Shown: one piece after another, positions 26,204-35,907 of the stretch | Layout of the letters: every line of letters starts with the position of its first letter | How positions within the stretch are numbered: position 1 is the stretch's first letter | Assembly (NCBI GenBank): GCA_029259775.1 | Contig: JAJDEN010000020.1 | Span: 78,846-142,845, forward strand | Reading direction: 5' to 3' | DNA length: 64,000 nucleotides | Source: Planctomycetota bacterium | Lineage (GTDB): Bacteria > Planctomycetota > PLA2 > JAEUHO01 | Notes under the pieces: generated by a model | Told to the model about the DNA's origin: nothing | Databases searched by the model: none | What the model saw: only the letters and a program-made list of their open reading frames with translations | Made by a program: the position numbers and the translations under genes

Positions 26204-28246
26204 ATGAACGTCACCATGCCCGCCCCCGCCTACGTCACGCTCCACGCGGCACGGCCCGGATCGAGGCCCATGGACGCCGAGGTCCTCTGGTCGATCCCGC
26301 GCGTCGGCACGCCGATCCCGGCGCCCGGCGGGGATCACCTGGCGGTGCCCGTGACCACCTTCTCCACCGAGACCAATCGGGGCACGACTCGGCTCTGGCG
26401 GGTCCCGACGGACGGCGGCACGCCCCAGCCGCTGACGTCCACCGAGCGCACGGCGAGCCAGCCGGCCTTCTCGCCATGCGGCGGGCACATGGCCTTCGTC
26501 GCGAGCGCCGCCGATGACCCCAAGGCGCCGGCGCAACTCCACGTGCTGCCGCTGCTCGGCGGCGAGGCCGAAGGCGTCACGGACATGCCGCTCAGTGTGT
26601 TCGACCCGACCTGGCTGCCCGACGGCTCCGGCATCGTCTTCGGTGCGTGGCTCTTCCAGGAGCATCCGGACGTCGAGGCCACGCGCACCGAGGCCGCGCG
26701 GCGCAAGGAGGACCCGTACACGGTCCACGCGACCGAAGACCGCATGTTCCGATTCTGGGACACCTGGATCGCCGGCGGCACCTTCGCGCGTCTGTTCCTC
26801 TACGACGTCGCCAGCGGCACGGTCCGCGACCTCATGCCGGGCAGCACGCTGTGGTTCAACTGGATGGACCCGGCGGGCGCCTACGACATCGCCCCCGCGG
26901 GGGATGAGATCGTGTTCACGGGCCTGCATGTCGGTGGTCCGGAGAAGCGCCTCCGCAGCGATGTCTACCGGCTGCCCCTCGCTGCCGAGGGCGCCGAGCC
27001 CGCATGCCTCACGGCCGGCAACCCGGCGGCCTCCGTCCGGCCGCGCTACACGCCCTGCGGCGCGGCGATCCTCTACGGCAAGACGGAGGATCCGGACTTC
27101 TACGCGGATCGCGCGCGCATCATGCGCATCGACCGCGCGACGCTCGAGCACGACGCCTGGCTCGCGGACTGGGATCGCGCGCCCTCGGGCTGGGTCTTCG
27201 GCGATGGCGGCGACCTCTGGTTCCAGGCCGAGGACGACGGCGGCGCCCCCATCTGGCGCCTCGACCTCAAGGCGGCGCGCAACGGAGCCACCGAGCCCGA
27301 GGCGATGATCCGGGGCGGCTCCTGCGGTGCGCCGAAGCCCGCGTCGGACGGGCACGTCTACTTCACGAGGCACGCCGTCTCCGAGCCGCCGGAGATCTGG
27401 CGCGTGCCCACGTCGGGCGGCGCCGGCGAGCGAGTGACGACCTTCACGGACGAGGCCCTGGTCGACGTGGCCCTGGGCGAGGTGCGCGACTACCGCTTCG
27501 AGGGTGCCGAGGGGGAGACCGTGCAGGCGGTCGTGATCCTGCCGCCGGGCTACGAGGAGGGGACCCGGATGCCGCTCGTGCACATGATCCACGGTGGGCC
27601 GCACGGCACCTTCGGCGACCTCTGGCACTTCCGCTGGAGCACGCATTGTTTCGCGCAACCTGGCTACGTCGTCGCCTGCGTCAACTTCCAGGGCTCGACA
27701 TCCTGGGGCAACGACTTCGCCCAGCGCATCCAAGGAGCCTGGGGCGACCGGCCGTACGGCGACGTCTTGGCCGGCACCGATCACCTGATCGCCGCGGGGC
27801 TCGTGGACGAGACCAGGATGGCCATCAGCGGAGGCTCGTACGGTGGGTACCTGACCGCGTGGATCGCAACGCAGACGCAGCGGTTCGCGTGCGCGGTGAA
27901 CCACGCCGGCGTGTTCGACCTGCCCCTGCAGTACGCCAGCGACATCACGTGGGGCCGGCCGCGCACCATGGGCGGCGAGATCTGGGACGCGCCGGACGCG
28001 ATCGACCGCTGGAACCCCGCGCGGCACACGGCGGGCATGGCGACGCCCATGCTCGTGATCCACGGCGAGAAGGACTACCGGGTGCCGATCAACCACGCGC
28101 TCGAGTGCTACGGCATCCTCAAGTCCAAGGGCGTCGAAGCGCGCCTGCTCTACTTCGCCGACGAGAACCACTGGATCCTGAAGCCCAGGAACTCGCTGCG
28201 TTGGTACGCGGAAGTTCTCGACTGGTACGAGCGCTTCCTGTCCTAG
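26204..28246 (+). CDS. S9 family peptidase (prolyl oligopeptidase/dipeptidyl peptidase, S9C-like)
   Basis: IHGGPH; GGSYGG; HGEKDYRVP; DENHW; beta-propeller N-terminus; start 26204 or 26270. Confidence 0.93.
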   Translation: MNVTMPAPAYVTLHAARPGSRPMDAEVLWSIPRVGTPIPAPGGDHLAVPVTTFSTETNRGTTRLWRVPTDGGTPQPLTSTERTASQPAFSPCGGHMAFVASAADDPKAPAQLHVLPLLGGEAEGVTDMPLSVFDPTWLPDGSGIVFGAWLFQEHPDVEATRTEAARRKEDPYTVHATEDRMFRFWDTWIAGGTFARLFLYDVASGTVRDLMPGSTLWFNWMDPAGAYDIAPAGDEIVFTGLHVGGPEKRLRSDVYRLPLAAEGAEPACLTAGNPAASVRPRYTPCGAAILYGKTEDPDFYADRARIMRIDRATLEHDAWLADWDRAPSGWVFGDGGDLWFQAEDDGGAPIWRLDLKAARNGATEPEAMIRGGSCGAPKPASDGHVYFTRHAVSEPPEIWRVPTSGGAGERVTTFTDEALVDVALGEVRDYRFEGAEGETVQAVVILPPGYEEGTRMPLVHMIHGGPHGTFGDLWHFRWSTHCFAQPGYVVACVNFQGSTSWGNDFAQRIQGAWGDRPYGDVLAGTDHLIAAGLVDETRMAISGGSYGGYLTAWIATQTQRFACAVNHAGVFDLPLQYASDITWGRPRTMGGEIWDAPDAIDRWNPARHTAGMATPMLVIHGEKDYRVPINHALECYGILKSKGVEARLLYFADENHWILKPRNSLRWYAEVLDWYERFLS

Positions 28247-28337
28247 GCCTCCGCGCGGAGCGGCGAGCGGGAGGGATGAGCGGGGCCCCCGTGCAGGTGT
28301 GGCGGTACGCTCCGGGCACTCACGGGGAGCAACAACC

Positions 28338-29207
28338 ATGCACCAGGGCGCATCGGCGGAAATCGGCCTCATCGGCGGCACCGGCCTCTACGACATGCAG
28401 GGTCTCAGCGACGTGCGCGAGATCACGGTCGAGACGCCGTACGGTCCCCCGTCGTCCTCGGTGCGGGTGGGCACCCTCGAGGGGCGCAGCATCGCGTTTC
28501 TCGCGCGCCACGGCGAGGGCCATCGGCTGCTGCCCTCCGAGGTGCCCTACCGCGCCAACGTGTACGCACTCAAGATGCTCGGCGTCTCCAAGGTGCTCGC
28601 CCTGTCCGCCGTGGGCAGCCTCGTCGAGGAACTCCCCCCGCGCGCGCTCGTCGTGCCGGACCAGTTCCTGGATCGCACACGCCACCGTGCGGACACCTTC
28701 TTCGGTGACGGTCTCGTCGCACACGTCTCGATGGCCGAGCCGTTCGCACCGGCGATGCGCCAGGTGTTGCTTGAAGCGGCGCGCGCCGAGGGTCACGAGG
28801 TCCGCGACGGCGGCACGCAGATCTGCATGGAGGGCCCGCAGTTCTCCACGCGCGCGGAGAGCCTGATCTGGAAGGGGCTGGGCTGCCAGGTGATCGGCAT
28901 GACGAGCTTCACCGAAGCCCGGCTGTGCCGCGAGGCGGAGATCGCGTACGCGAACCTCAACATGGTGACGGACTACGACGCGTGGCGTCCCGAGGAGGCC
29001 GGCGTCGACGCCGCCGAGATCATGGCCGTCCTGCGAGACAATGCGCACGTCGGCCAGGCGGTCCTGCGGGCGGCGGTCGCGCGCGTGCCGTCGGAGGCGC
29101 TGCCGGAGAACCGCGTGCTCGACGCGGCCATCATCACGGCCCTGGACAAGGTCCCAGCCCCCACCATCGAGCGCCTGCGGGCCATCTTGAGCCGCCTCCT
29201 CGCCTAG
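28338..29207 (+). CDS. mtnP: S-methyl-5'-thioadenosine phosphorylase
   Basis: IGLIGGTGLY; FLARHG; YRANVYALK; MEGPQFSTRAES; VTDYDAW. Confidence 0.93.
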   Translation: MHQGASAEIGLIGGTGLYDMQGLSDVREITVETPYGPPSSSVRVGTLEGRSIAFLARHGEGHRLLPSEVPYRANVYALKMLGVSKVLALSAVGSLVEELPPRALVVPDQFLDRTRHRADTFFGDGLVAHVSMAEPFAPAMRQVLLEAARAEGHEVRDGGTQICMEGPQFSTRAESLIWKGLGCQVIGMTSFTEARLCREAEIAYANLNMVTDYDAWRPEEAGVDAAEIMAVLRDNAHVGQAVLRAAVARVPSEALPENRVLDAAIITALDKVPAPTIERLRAILSRLLA

Positions 29208-29270
29208 CGCTGGCTCACCTCCGGCCCGGATGTTGGCCTTCCGAGGGCCAACCGCAACCTCCGTGGGTCC

Positions 29271-31337
29271 ATGAGGTTTATCCTCTTGGCACCCGCCCCG
29301 GAGATCCAGCCTGTGAGCAACCCGACCGCACGCGCGTCCGACTCTCGCCTCAGCCCGCTGCCGGGGAAAGGCCTGCTGCGCCTCTTCGCAGGGGCCATGG
29401 CGCTCCTCGTGGTCATCGCCGGCATCACCGACATCGGCCATGCCCGCGAAGATGGCGTCCGCGACGTCGCGGACTGGCGCCGGGTCGTCGCCGCCGTCGA
29501 CGGCACGATCGAGGCCAAGCTGGCGGAAGAAGGCGTGAAGCCCGCCGCCCGCTCGGGCGACAGCGAGTTCCTGCGCCGCCTCTACCTCGACGTGCTCGGC
29601 ACCGTGCCGACACCCGAGGAAGCCGACGCCTTCCTGAACGACAAGCGCGAGGACAAGCGCGCCCGCAAGATCGACGAGCTCATGGCCTCGGAGACCTTCG
29701 CCGAGAACCAGGCGTCGTTCTGGTTCCGCACCCTGACCGGCTTGAGCGTCCATCAGCAACGCCAGCGCGAGGGCCAGGGCGGCCGCTACGTCACGGGCGA
29801 CGCCGGCCAGAAGTTCCACGAGTGGCTCAGCGGCCAGATCAGCCAGAACCGCCCGTGGAGCGAGATGGCCGAGGACCTGATCTCCGCTACCGGTCGCACC
29901 GACGAGAACGGCGCGGCGGTCTACCTCGCCCGCTGGGAAGGCGAAGTCAACAACACGGCCGGCGCCGTCGCCAAGCACTTCCTCGGCGTCCAGATCCAGT
30001 GTGCCCAGTGCCACGACCACATCTACGAGCCCGACTGGAAGCAGAAGGACTTCGAGGGCATGGCCGCGTTCTTCGCGCTGACATCGGTTCGTCGCGTGCC
30101 CGAATACGGCCAGCTGCGCCAGCTGCGGCGCGCCATGCAAGACATCCAGCAGGGCAAGGCGCCCGGCACCTCCAAGCAGGGCAAGGGTCTCGACCTCCGC
30201 CGCAGGAAGGGCAAGGGCCGCCCCGGCGCCGACATGCCTGGTGAGATGGGCGGTGAGATGGGCGGCGAGATGGGCGGAGGCAACGCGGCCCCGATGACCC
30301 GCTCGGACGTCCAGAAGAAGCTCCGGGACCTCGCCAAGTACCGCAACATCGTCGAGGTCCGCGACGCGGCCGTGAACCCGCGCTACGCCGACCGCATGAT
30401 GCGCCGGCTCAAGAACGCGAAGAACGAGGAGCTGCGCGCCCGCGCGAAGCTCATGTCGACCACGCCCAAGTTCTGGCTGGCCTCGCAGGCGGCCGACTTG
30501 CCGGGCGTGTCGCGCCGCTACCTGCTGGCGCGCTGGGTGACCTCGAACGAGAACCCCTACTTCGCCAAGTCGCTGGTCAACCGCATGTGGGGCCAGTACA
30601 TGGGCCGCGGCATCGTCGATCCCATCGACGACTTCAACAGCTTCCAGGCGCCGTCGCACCCCGAGCTCCTGAAGCTCCTCGCCGAGGACTTCCGCGCGAG
30701 CGGGCACGATCTGCAGCGCCTGCAGAAGATCCTGCTCAACTCCGCGACGTACCAGCGCAGCTCGCGTTGGAGCGCCGAGGAACAGCCGGACCCGGCGCTG
30801 TTCGCGAAGGCGCCGGTTCGCTCGCTCAACACGGAGCAGCTCTACTTCGCCCTCGTCCGTGCCACGGGCATGGAGAAGCGCCTCGATCGCGTCTCACGCC
30901 GCAACGGCCAGGCGATCCAGCGCGCCATCTTCTCGACCTTCACGTTCGTCTTCGATGACGACGAGGGCAAGGCCGAGGAGGACTTCTCCGGCAGCATTCC
31001 GCAGGGCCTGTTCCTCATGAACGGCGAGCTGATCCAGCGCGCCTTGAGCGGCGGCCGCGACCTGCCCTCGGGTGCGTCGGACAGGCAGCGCCGCAACCGC
31101 CGCAACCGCATGCGCAACCGTCCCGCGCAGACCATGCTCGAAGACCTGCTTCGCACGGAGACGAGCGACAGCGCTCGCGTCGATCAGCTCTACGTGCGCG
31201 CCTACGGACGCCACGCCGATGCGGCCGAGCGCCGCGGCGCCGTGAGTTTCGTGAAGTCCAAGGGCGGCGGTGCCGCGGCCTACGAGGACTTCTTCTGGGC
31301 CATCCTCAACTCCGCCGAGTTCATGACGAACCACTAG
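29271..31337 (+). CDS. DUF1549/DUF1553 (PSCyt2/PSD1) domain protein; true start probably somewhat downstream
   Basis: EFLRRLYLDVLGTVPT; FLGVQIQCAQCHDH; NPYFAKSLVNRMW; PSHPELL; WAILNSAEFMTNH. Confidence 0.92.
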   Translation: MRFILLAPAPEIQPVSNPTARASDSRLSPLPGKGLLRLFAGAMALLVVIAGITDIGHAREDGVRDVADWRRVVAAVDGTIEAKLAEEGVKPAARSGDSEFLRRLYLDVLGTVPTPEEADAFLNDKREDKRARKIDELMASETFAENQASFWFRTLTGLSVHQQRQREGQGGRYVTGDAGQKFHEWLSGQISQNRPWSEMAEDLISATGRTDENGAAVYLARWEGEVNNTAGAVAKHFLGVQIQCAQCHDHIYEPDWKQKDFEGMAAFFALTSVRRVPEYGQLRQLRRAMQDIQQGKAPGTSKQGKGLDLRRRKGKGRPGADMPGEMGGEMGGEMGGGNAAPMTRSDVQKKLRDLAKYRNIVEVRDAAVNPRYADRMMRRLKNAKNEELRARAKLMSTTPKFWLASQAADLPGVSRRYLLARWVTSNENPYFAKSLVNRMWGQYMGRGIVDPIDDFNSFQAPSHPELLKLLAEDFRASGHDLQRLQKILLNSATYQRSSRWSAEEQPDPALFAKAPVRSLNTEQLYFALVRATGMEKRLDRVSRRNGQAIQRAIFSTFTFVFDDDEGKAEEDFSGSIPQGLFLMNGELIQRALSGGRDLPSGASDRQRRNRRNRMRNRPAQTMLEDLLRTETSDSARVDQLYVRAYGRHADAAERRGAVSFVKSKGGGAAAYEDFFWAILNSAEFMTNH

Positions 31338-31394
31338 TCGGCCGCCACGAGACCAACCCGCCAGCCCCCGTTCTGCATCCTTCAGGAGTCCGTC

Positions 31395-32768
31395 ATGTGC
31401 AAGCAATGTGACAACGCCACGCCCGCCCCCGTCTCGCGCCGCAACGTCCTGCGCTACAGCGCGGGCGCGATGGCCGCCGCCGGTGTGCTCGCGACGCCCT
31501 TCCGCCACGTCTTCGCGGAGGAAGGCACGGATCAGGTAGACAAGGCCATCGCGAACCGAGGCAAGGCCAAGCAGGTCATCGTGCTCTACATGAGCGGCGG
31601 CGCGAGCCACCTCGATACGTTCGATCCGAAGCCGGGTGCCGCCACGCAGGGCGACACGCGTGCGATCGACACCAACGTGACGGGCGTCAAGATCGCGAAG
31701 ACATTGCCCCAGATCGCCAAGCACATGAACGACATCGCGCTGATCCGCGGCATGTCCAGCAAGGAAGGCAACCACGAGCGTGCGCGCTACTTGATGCACA
31801 CCGGCTACCCGCCGACGCCGACCGTGGTCCACGCGGGCCTCGGCTCGATCGTCTCGCACGAGATGGGCGTCAAGACGGCCGAGCTGCCCGAGTACATCGC
31901 CATCAACGGCCCGGGCGCACGTCCCGGCTACCTCGGTGTGCACCACGCCCCCTTCGCGATCCAGGTCCGTGCCCCCGAGGGCGGCTCGGACGAGCGCGGT
32001 CGCCGCCAGCGGCCCGGCCAGAAGACGGGCGGCGCCGTCGTGCAGAACCTCACGCTGCCCAAGGGCGTCACGAAGGAGCGTCGCGACGAGCGCGTCGGCT
32101 TCCTCGAGAAGCTCAACCAGCGCTTCAGCAAGGACCGTACGAAGAGCGTCGGCGAGGCGCAGCAGGCCATGTTCGAGCGCGCCCGGCGCCTGATGGACTC
32201 GCCCAAGAACACCGCCTTCGATCTCAAGAGCGAGAAGGCCTCCACGATTGCGCGCTACGGCAAGACGCGCTTCGGCATGGGCTGCCTCATGGCCCGCCGG
32301 CTCATCGACGAGGGCGTCAAGTGCGTCGAGGTCCTCATGGGCGGCTGGGACACGCACGACGACGGATTCAACAAGGTCCGTGGACTCAACGCACAGCTCG
32401 ACCCGGCCGTCGCCGCGCTGATGGACGACCTCAAGTCGTCCGGCAAGTTCGACGAGACGCTCATCGTGTGGGTTGGCGACTTCGGTCGCACGCCGCGCAT
32501 CGACACGGGGCGTAACGGCCGCGGTCACTACCCGCGCGCCTGGTCGGCGTGGCTCGCCGGCGGCGGCGTCCAGGGCGGCCGCGTGATCGGCAAGACCGAC
32601 GCGAAGGCCGAGACGGTCGTCGACGGCGCAGTGAAGCCCGAGGACTTCTACGCCTCGATCATGCACGCCACCGGCATCGATGCGTCGAAGACCTTCTACA
32701 CAGGCCAGGGTCGGCCGATCCAGATCGTCTACAAGGACGGCCGCGTCGTGAAGTCGCTGTTCGCCTGA
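31395..32768 (+). CDS. DUF1501 domain protein with Tat signal
   Basis: SRRNVL Tat motif; MSGGASHLDTFDPKP; GCLMARRL; GGWDTH; GDFGRTP. Confidence 0.93.
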   Translation: MCKQCDNATPAPVSRRNVLRYSAGAMAAAGVLATPFRHVFAEEGTDQVDKAIANRGKAKQVIVLYMSGGASHLDTFDPKPGAATQGDTRAIDTNVTGVKIAKTLPQIAKHMNDIALIRGMSSKEGNHERARYLMHTGYPPTPTVVHAGLGSIVSHEMGVKTAELPEYIAINGPGARPGYLGVHHAPFAIQVRAPEGGSDERGRRQRPGQKTGGAVVQNLTLPKGVTKERRDERVGFLEKLNQRFSKDRTKSVGEAQQAMFERARRLMDSPKNTAFDLKSEKASTIARYGKTRFGMGCLMARRLIDEGVKCVEVLMGGWDTHDDGFNKVRGLNAQLDPAVAALMDDLKSSGKFDETLIVWVGDFGRTPRIDTGRNGRGHYPRAWSAWLAGGGVQGGRVIGKTDAKAETVVDGAVKPEDFYASIMHATGIDASKTFYTGQGRPIQIVYKDGRVVKSLFA

Positions 32769-32841
32769 TCTGAGCGCGAAGCGCTCAGATCAACGGGCCC
32801 ACGCTACGCGCATCCTGCTCGCGAAGCTCGCAGGATGGCGC

Positions 32842-33282
32842 CTAGTCGTCGCGGGACGGCGGGCGGCGGCCGCGCTTCGTGTCCCCTCGGCGCCGCTTGC
32901 CCTCGATCCGGCGCCTCTGCGACGCACGCGTCGGCTTCGTCTTGCGCCGCTTGCGCTGCCGCACGAGCGCTTCACGCAGCAGCGCGGCGAAGCGCTCGAT
33001 CGCGTCGTCCACGTTGCGGGACTGCTCACGGTGGCGCTCGCTCGTCACGAGCAACTCCCCCTCCTCGGTGAGACGCGGGGCGAGCTTCTCTTCGAGCCGT
33101 GCGCGATCCTCGTCGCTCAGCGACGGAGACGCCCGCAACCCCCAGCGCAGCAGCACCTTGCTCGAGGTCTTGTTCACATGCTGGCCGCCGGGGCCGCCCG
33201 AGCGGGCATAGGACAACTCCACCTCGTGCGCGGGGATGCGCAGGCGCTCGTTGATCTCGATGAGGGCGGGCAGGCGAGCCAT
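32842..33282 (-). CDS. arfB: alternative ribosome rescue peptidyl-tRNA hydrolase
   Basis: RSGGPGGQHVNKTSSKV; R.QSRN; basic tail RRKTKPTRASQRRR. Confidence 0.95.
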   Translation of the reverse strand: MARLPALIEINERLRIPAHEVELSYARSGGPGGQHVNKTSSKVLLRWGLRASPSLSDEDRARLEEKLAPRLTEEGELLVTSERHREQSRNVDDAIERFAALLREALVRQRKRRKTKPTRASQRRRIEGKRRRGDTKRGRRPPSRDD

Positions 33283-33360
33283 GCCCCCCATTCTGCCGTG
33301 GGGAGGCGCGCTGTGCCGCGCGACGTCCTGCAGGCGGAGCTCCTGGGGTAGGCTCCCCGC

Positions 33361-34110
33361 ATGCAGGTAGAGGTCACCCCCGAACGAGGCAAGGCCCGGC
33401 GCAGGCTGCGCCGCGCCGGCGCGACGGTGCTCTACGAAGACAACCACCTGATCGGCCTCAGCAAGAGCGCCGGGCTGCTCTCCCAGGGCGGGCCGAAGGG
33501 CGTCATCTCGCTGCCCGAGCTGCTCGACGCCTACCGGGGCGAGGCCGAGGGCAAGCCGGGCCGCGCCTACATCGGCCTCGTCCAGCGCCTCGACCGCAAC
33601 GTCTCGGGTGTGATGATCGTCGCCAAGACCTCCAAGGCCGCCGGTCGCCTCTCGAAGCTCTTCCGCGATCGATCGCCGGAGCTGAAGAAGACCTACCTCG
33701 CGTGGGTCGAGAGGGTCCCCGAGGAGGATCACGCCGAGCTGGTGCACGTGCTCCGGCGCGATAGCGGCATCACGCGCATCGCCGCTCCAGGCGACGACGA
33801 CGGGCGCGAGGCACGGCTCAGCTACGACGTGGTCGCGCGCGGCCATCGCGCCGCGCGGCTGCAGATCGCGCTGGGCACGGGCCTGCCGCACCAGATCCGG
33901 TGCCAGCTGGCGTTCGTCGGGCATCCCATCCTGGGCGACCTGAAGTACGGCGGCGAGCCCGCGAAGCGGCCTGCGCTGCACGCGTACCGGCTCGAGTTCC
34001 CGCATCCCATCGGAGGCAAGATCCTCACGGTGGAGGCGCCGATTCCGACCGATCTCGTGAAGATCGATGTACGCCGGCTGTTGCGGCCGCTCGCCCAGCC
34101 CCCGTCGTAG
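33361..34110 (+). CDS. RluA-family pseudouridine synthase
   Basis: VLYEDNHL; VQRLDRNVSG; TGLPHQIRCQLAFVGHPILGDLKYG; ALHAYRLEFPHP. Confidence 0.93.
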   Translation: MQVEVTPERGKARRRLRRAGATVLYEDNHLIGLSKSAGLLSQGGPKGVISLPELLDAYRGEAEGKPGRAYIGLVQRLDRNVSGVMIVAKTSKAAGRLSKLFRDRSPELKKTYLAWVERVPEEDHAELVHVLRRDSGITRIAAPGDDDGREARLSYDVVARGHRAARLQIALGTGLPHQIRCQLAFVGHPILGDLKYGGEPAKRPALHAYRLEFPHPIGGKILTVEAPIPTDLVKIDVRRLLRPLAQPPS

Positions 34111-34123
34111 GTACGCTGCCGGT

Positions 34124-34948
34124 ATGACGATCCATGTGCACGTCCTGGGTACGGCGCAAGACGGCGGCTTCCCGCATGCGGGCTGTGCGTGCGCCCACTG
34201 CGAGCACGCGCGCGAGAACCCGCTGCTCCGCCGCAAGGTGTCCTGCATCGCCGTCGTGGGCGAGACGGGCAAGTGCTTGGTGGTCGATGCCACACCGGAC
34301 TTCGCCACGCAGCTCGCAGACCTCGCCAAGGCGTCGGGGCGCGAGACGGTCGGCCTCGAGGCCCTCATCCTCACGCACGCCCACATCGGCCACTACCTGG
34401 GCCTGGCCATGCTCGGCAAGGAAGCGATGAGCGCGCAGGGCGTGCCGGTGCACTGCACTGCGAGCATGCGGCGCTTCCTCGAGCAGAACCGCCCGTGGTC
34501 GCATCTGATCGACCGCGACGAGATCCGCATCGAACCTCTCGGACCCGGCGAGATGCTCTCGTTCGACGGCGCCGAGATCCACCCCTTCCTCACGCCGCAT
34601 CGCGGCGAAGACACCGACACGATCGGCGTCGAGATCCGCGGCCCGTCGCGCACGCTCATCTACGTCTCGGACGCCGATGTGTTCCCGCCGGCCCTGGCCG
34701 CGCGCATCGAGGACGCCGATGTCGCGCTCATCGACGGCACGTTCTACGCCCGCGACGAGCTCCCCCACCGCGAGATCCTCGAGGTGCGCCATCCCTTCGT
34801 GACCGAGAGCGTCGAACGCTTCGCCAACGCGCGCGGCGACGTGTATTTCATCCACCTCAACCACACGAACGCGCTGCTGTCGCCCGAGCCGCCTGCCCTG
34901 CCCGACGGGTTCCGCGTGGCGCGCGAGGGCGACGCCTTCGCGCTCTAG
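34124..34948 (+). CDS. PqqB-like MBL-fold metallohydrolase
   Basis: VLGTAQDGGFPHAGCACAHC; LTHAHIGHYLGL; IDGTFY; FIHLNHTN. Confidence 0.85.
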   Translation: MTIHVHVLGTAQDGGFPHAGCACAHCEHARENPLLRRKVSCIAVVGETGKCLVVDATPDFATQLADLAKASGRETVGLEALILTHAHIGHYLGLAMLGKEAMSAQGVPVHCTASMRRFLEQNRPWSHLIDRDEIRIEPLGPGEMLSFDGAEIHPFLTPHRGEDTDTIGVEIRGPSRTLIYVSDADVFPPALAARIEDADVALIDGTFYARDELPHREILEVRHPFVTESVERFANARGDVYFIHLNHTNALLSPEPPALPDGFRVAREGDAFAL

Positions 34949-35907
34949 ACGCTGTCTTCCGGCAGGAAGGGATGCGGATCGGCATGCACGTGCACCTGCG
35001 CGCCAGGCAGGGCAGCCTCCACGGCCTTGGCGACGCGATCCGAGAGCAAGTGCGCTTCGGGGAAGCTGAGCTCGCGATCGAAGGCGACGTGCATCTCGAT
35101 GAAGATGTCGGGGCCGGACTTGCGCGTGCGCAGGTTATGGACGTCGAAGGCCTCGGGCACCTGCTCGGCGATCGTGGCCCGGATCCGGTCGATCTGTTCG
35201 GTCGAGAGGCTCGCATCCATCAGCTCGCGCGCTGAGCTGCGCAGCACGCGGAACGCGGTCCACAGCACGATGAGCGCCACGGCGCACGACACCGCGCCGT
35301 CCACCCAGTGCCAACCCGTCGCCTTCACGATGAGCAGGGACGCGAGCACGCCGAGGTTCATCCACACGTCGGACGTGTAGTGCGCGGCATCGGCCTGCAG
35401 CGCGACCGAGCCCGTCCGTCGGCCCGTGCGCAACAGGAGCCAGCCGATCCAGGCACTGGCGACGAGCGAGAGCAGCATCACGCCGATGCCCACCTCGCCG
35501 TGGGCCAGCTCGTAGCCGCCTTGGATGAGCCGGTTCGCGCCGCCGACACCGAGGTAGAGGCCGACGAAGAGGATCAGCAGCCCCTGGCCGAGCCCCGCGA
35601 TGCCCTCCGCCTTGCCGTGGCCGTACCGATGCTCGTCGTCCGCAGGCTGCCCGGCGACACGCACCGCGAAGAAGTTCACGCTCGAGGCGATCACATCCAT
35701 CACGGAATCGGTCAGAGCGGCGGCGACCGCCAGCGAGCCGGTCATGACGACCGCCGCCAGCTTGGCCAGCGCCAGCACCGTCGCCGTGATGACGCTCAGC
35801 CGCGCGACCCGCAGATTCGTCGCAGCGCACTCGTCACGGCCGAGCCCCGCGGGCTCGTCACCAGGCGGGTGAGGCCTATTCGGGGGATGACTGTGATGCA
35901 GGCCCAT
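34945..35907 (-). CDS. fieF: cation diffusion facilitator transporter
   Basis: DSVMD; PADDEHRYGHGKAE; ADAAHYTSD; LRTRKSG; HADP. Confidence 0.9.
   Translation of the reverse strand: MGLHHSHPPNRPHPPGDEPAGLGRDECAATNLRVARLSVITATVLALAKLAAVVMTGSLAVAAALTDSVMDVIASSVNFFAVRVAGQPADDEHRYGHGKAEGIAGLGQGLLILFVGLYLGVGGANRLIQGGYELAHGEVGIGVMLLSLVASAWIGWLLLRTGRRTGSVALQADAAHYTSDVWMNLGVLASLLIVKATGWHWVDGAVSCAVALIVLWTAFRVLRSSARELMDASLSTEQIDRIRATIAEQVPEAFDVHNLRTRKSGPDIFIEMHVAFDRELSFPEAHLLSDRVAKAVEAALPGAQVHVHADPHPFLPEDSV

Noticed and set aside
30237-30280. GGTGAGATGGGC-type 12-bp repeat
   Set aside because: It encodes an ordinary low-complexity linker (GEMGGEMGGEMGG) in the DUF1549/DUF1553 protein.
34124-34948. PQQ biosynthesis cluster
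   Set aside because: Only a stand-alone PqqB-like hydrolase; no pqqA, C, D or E nearby.
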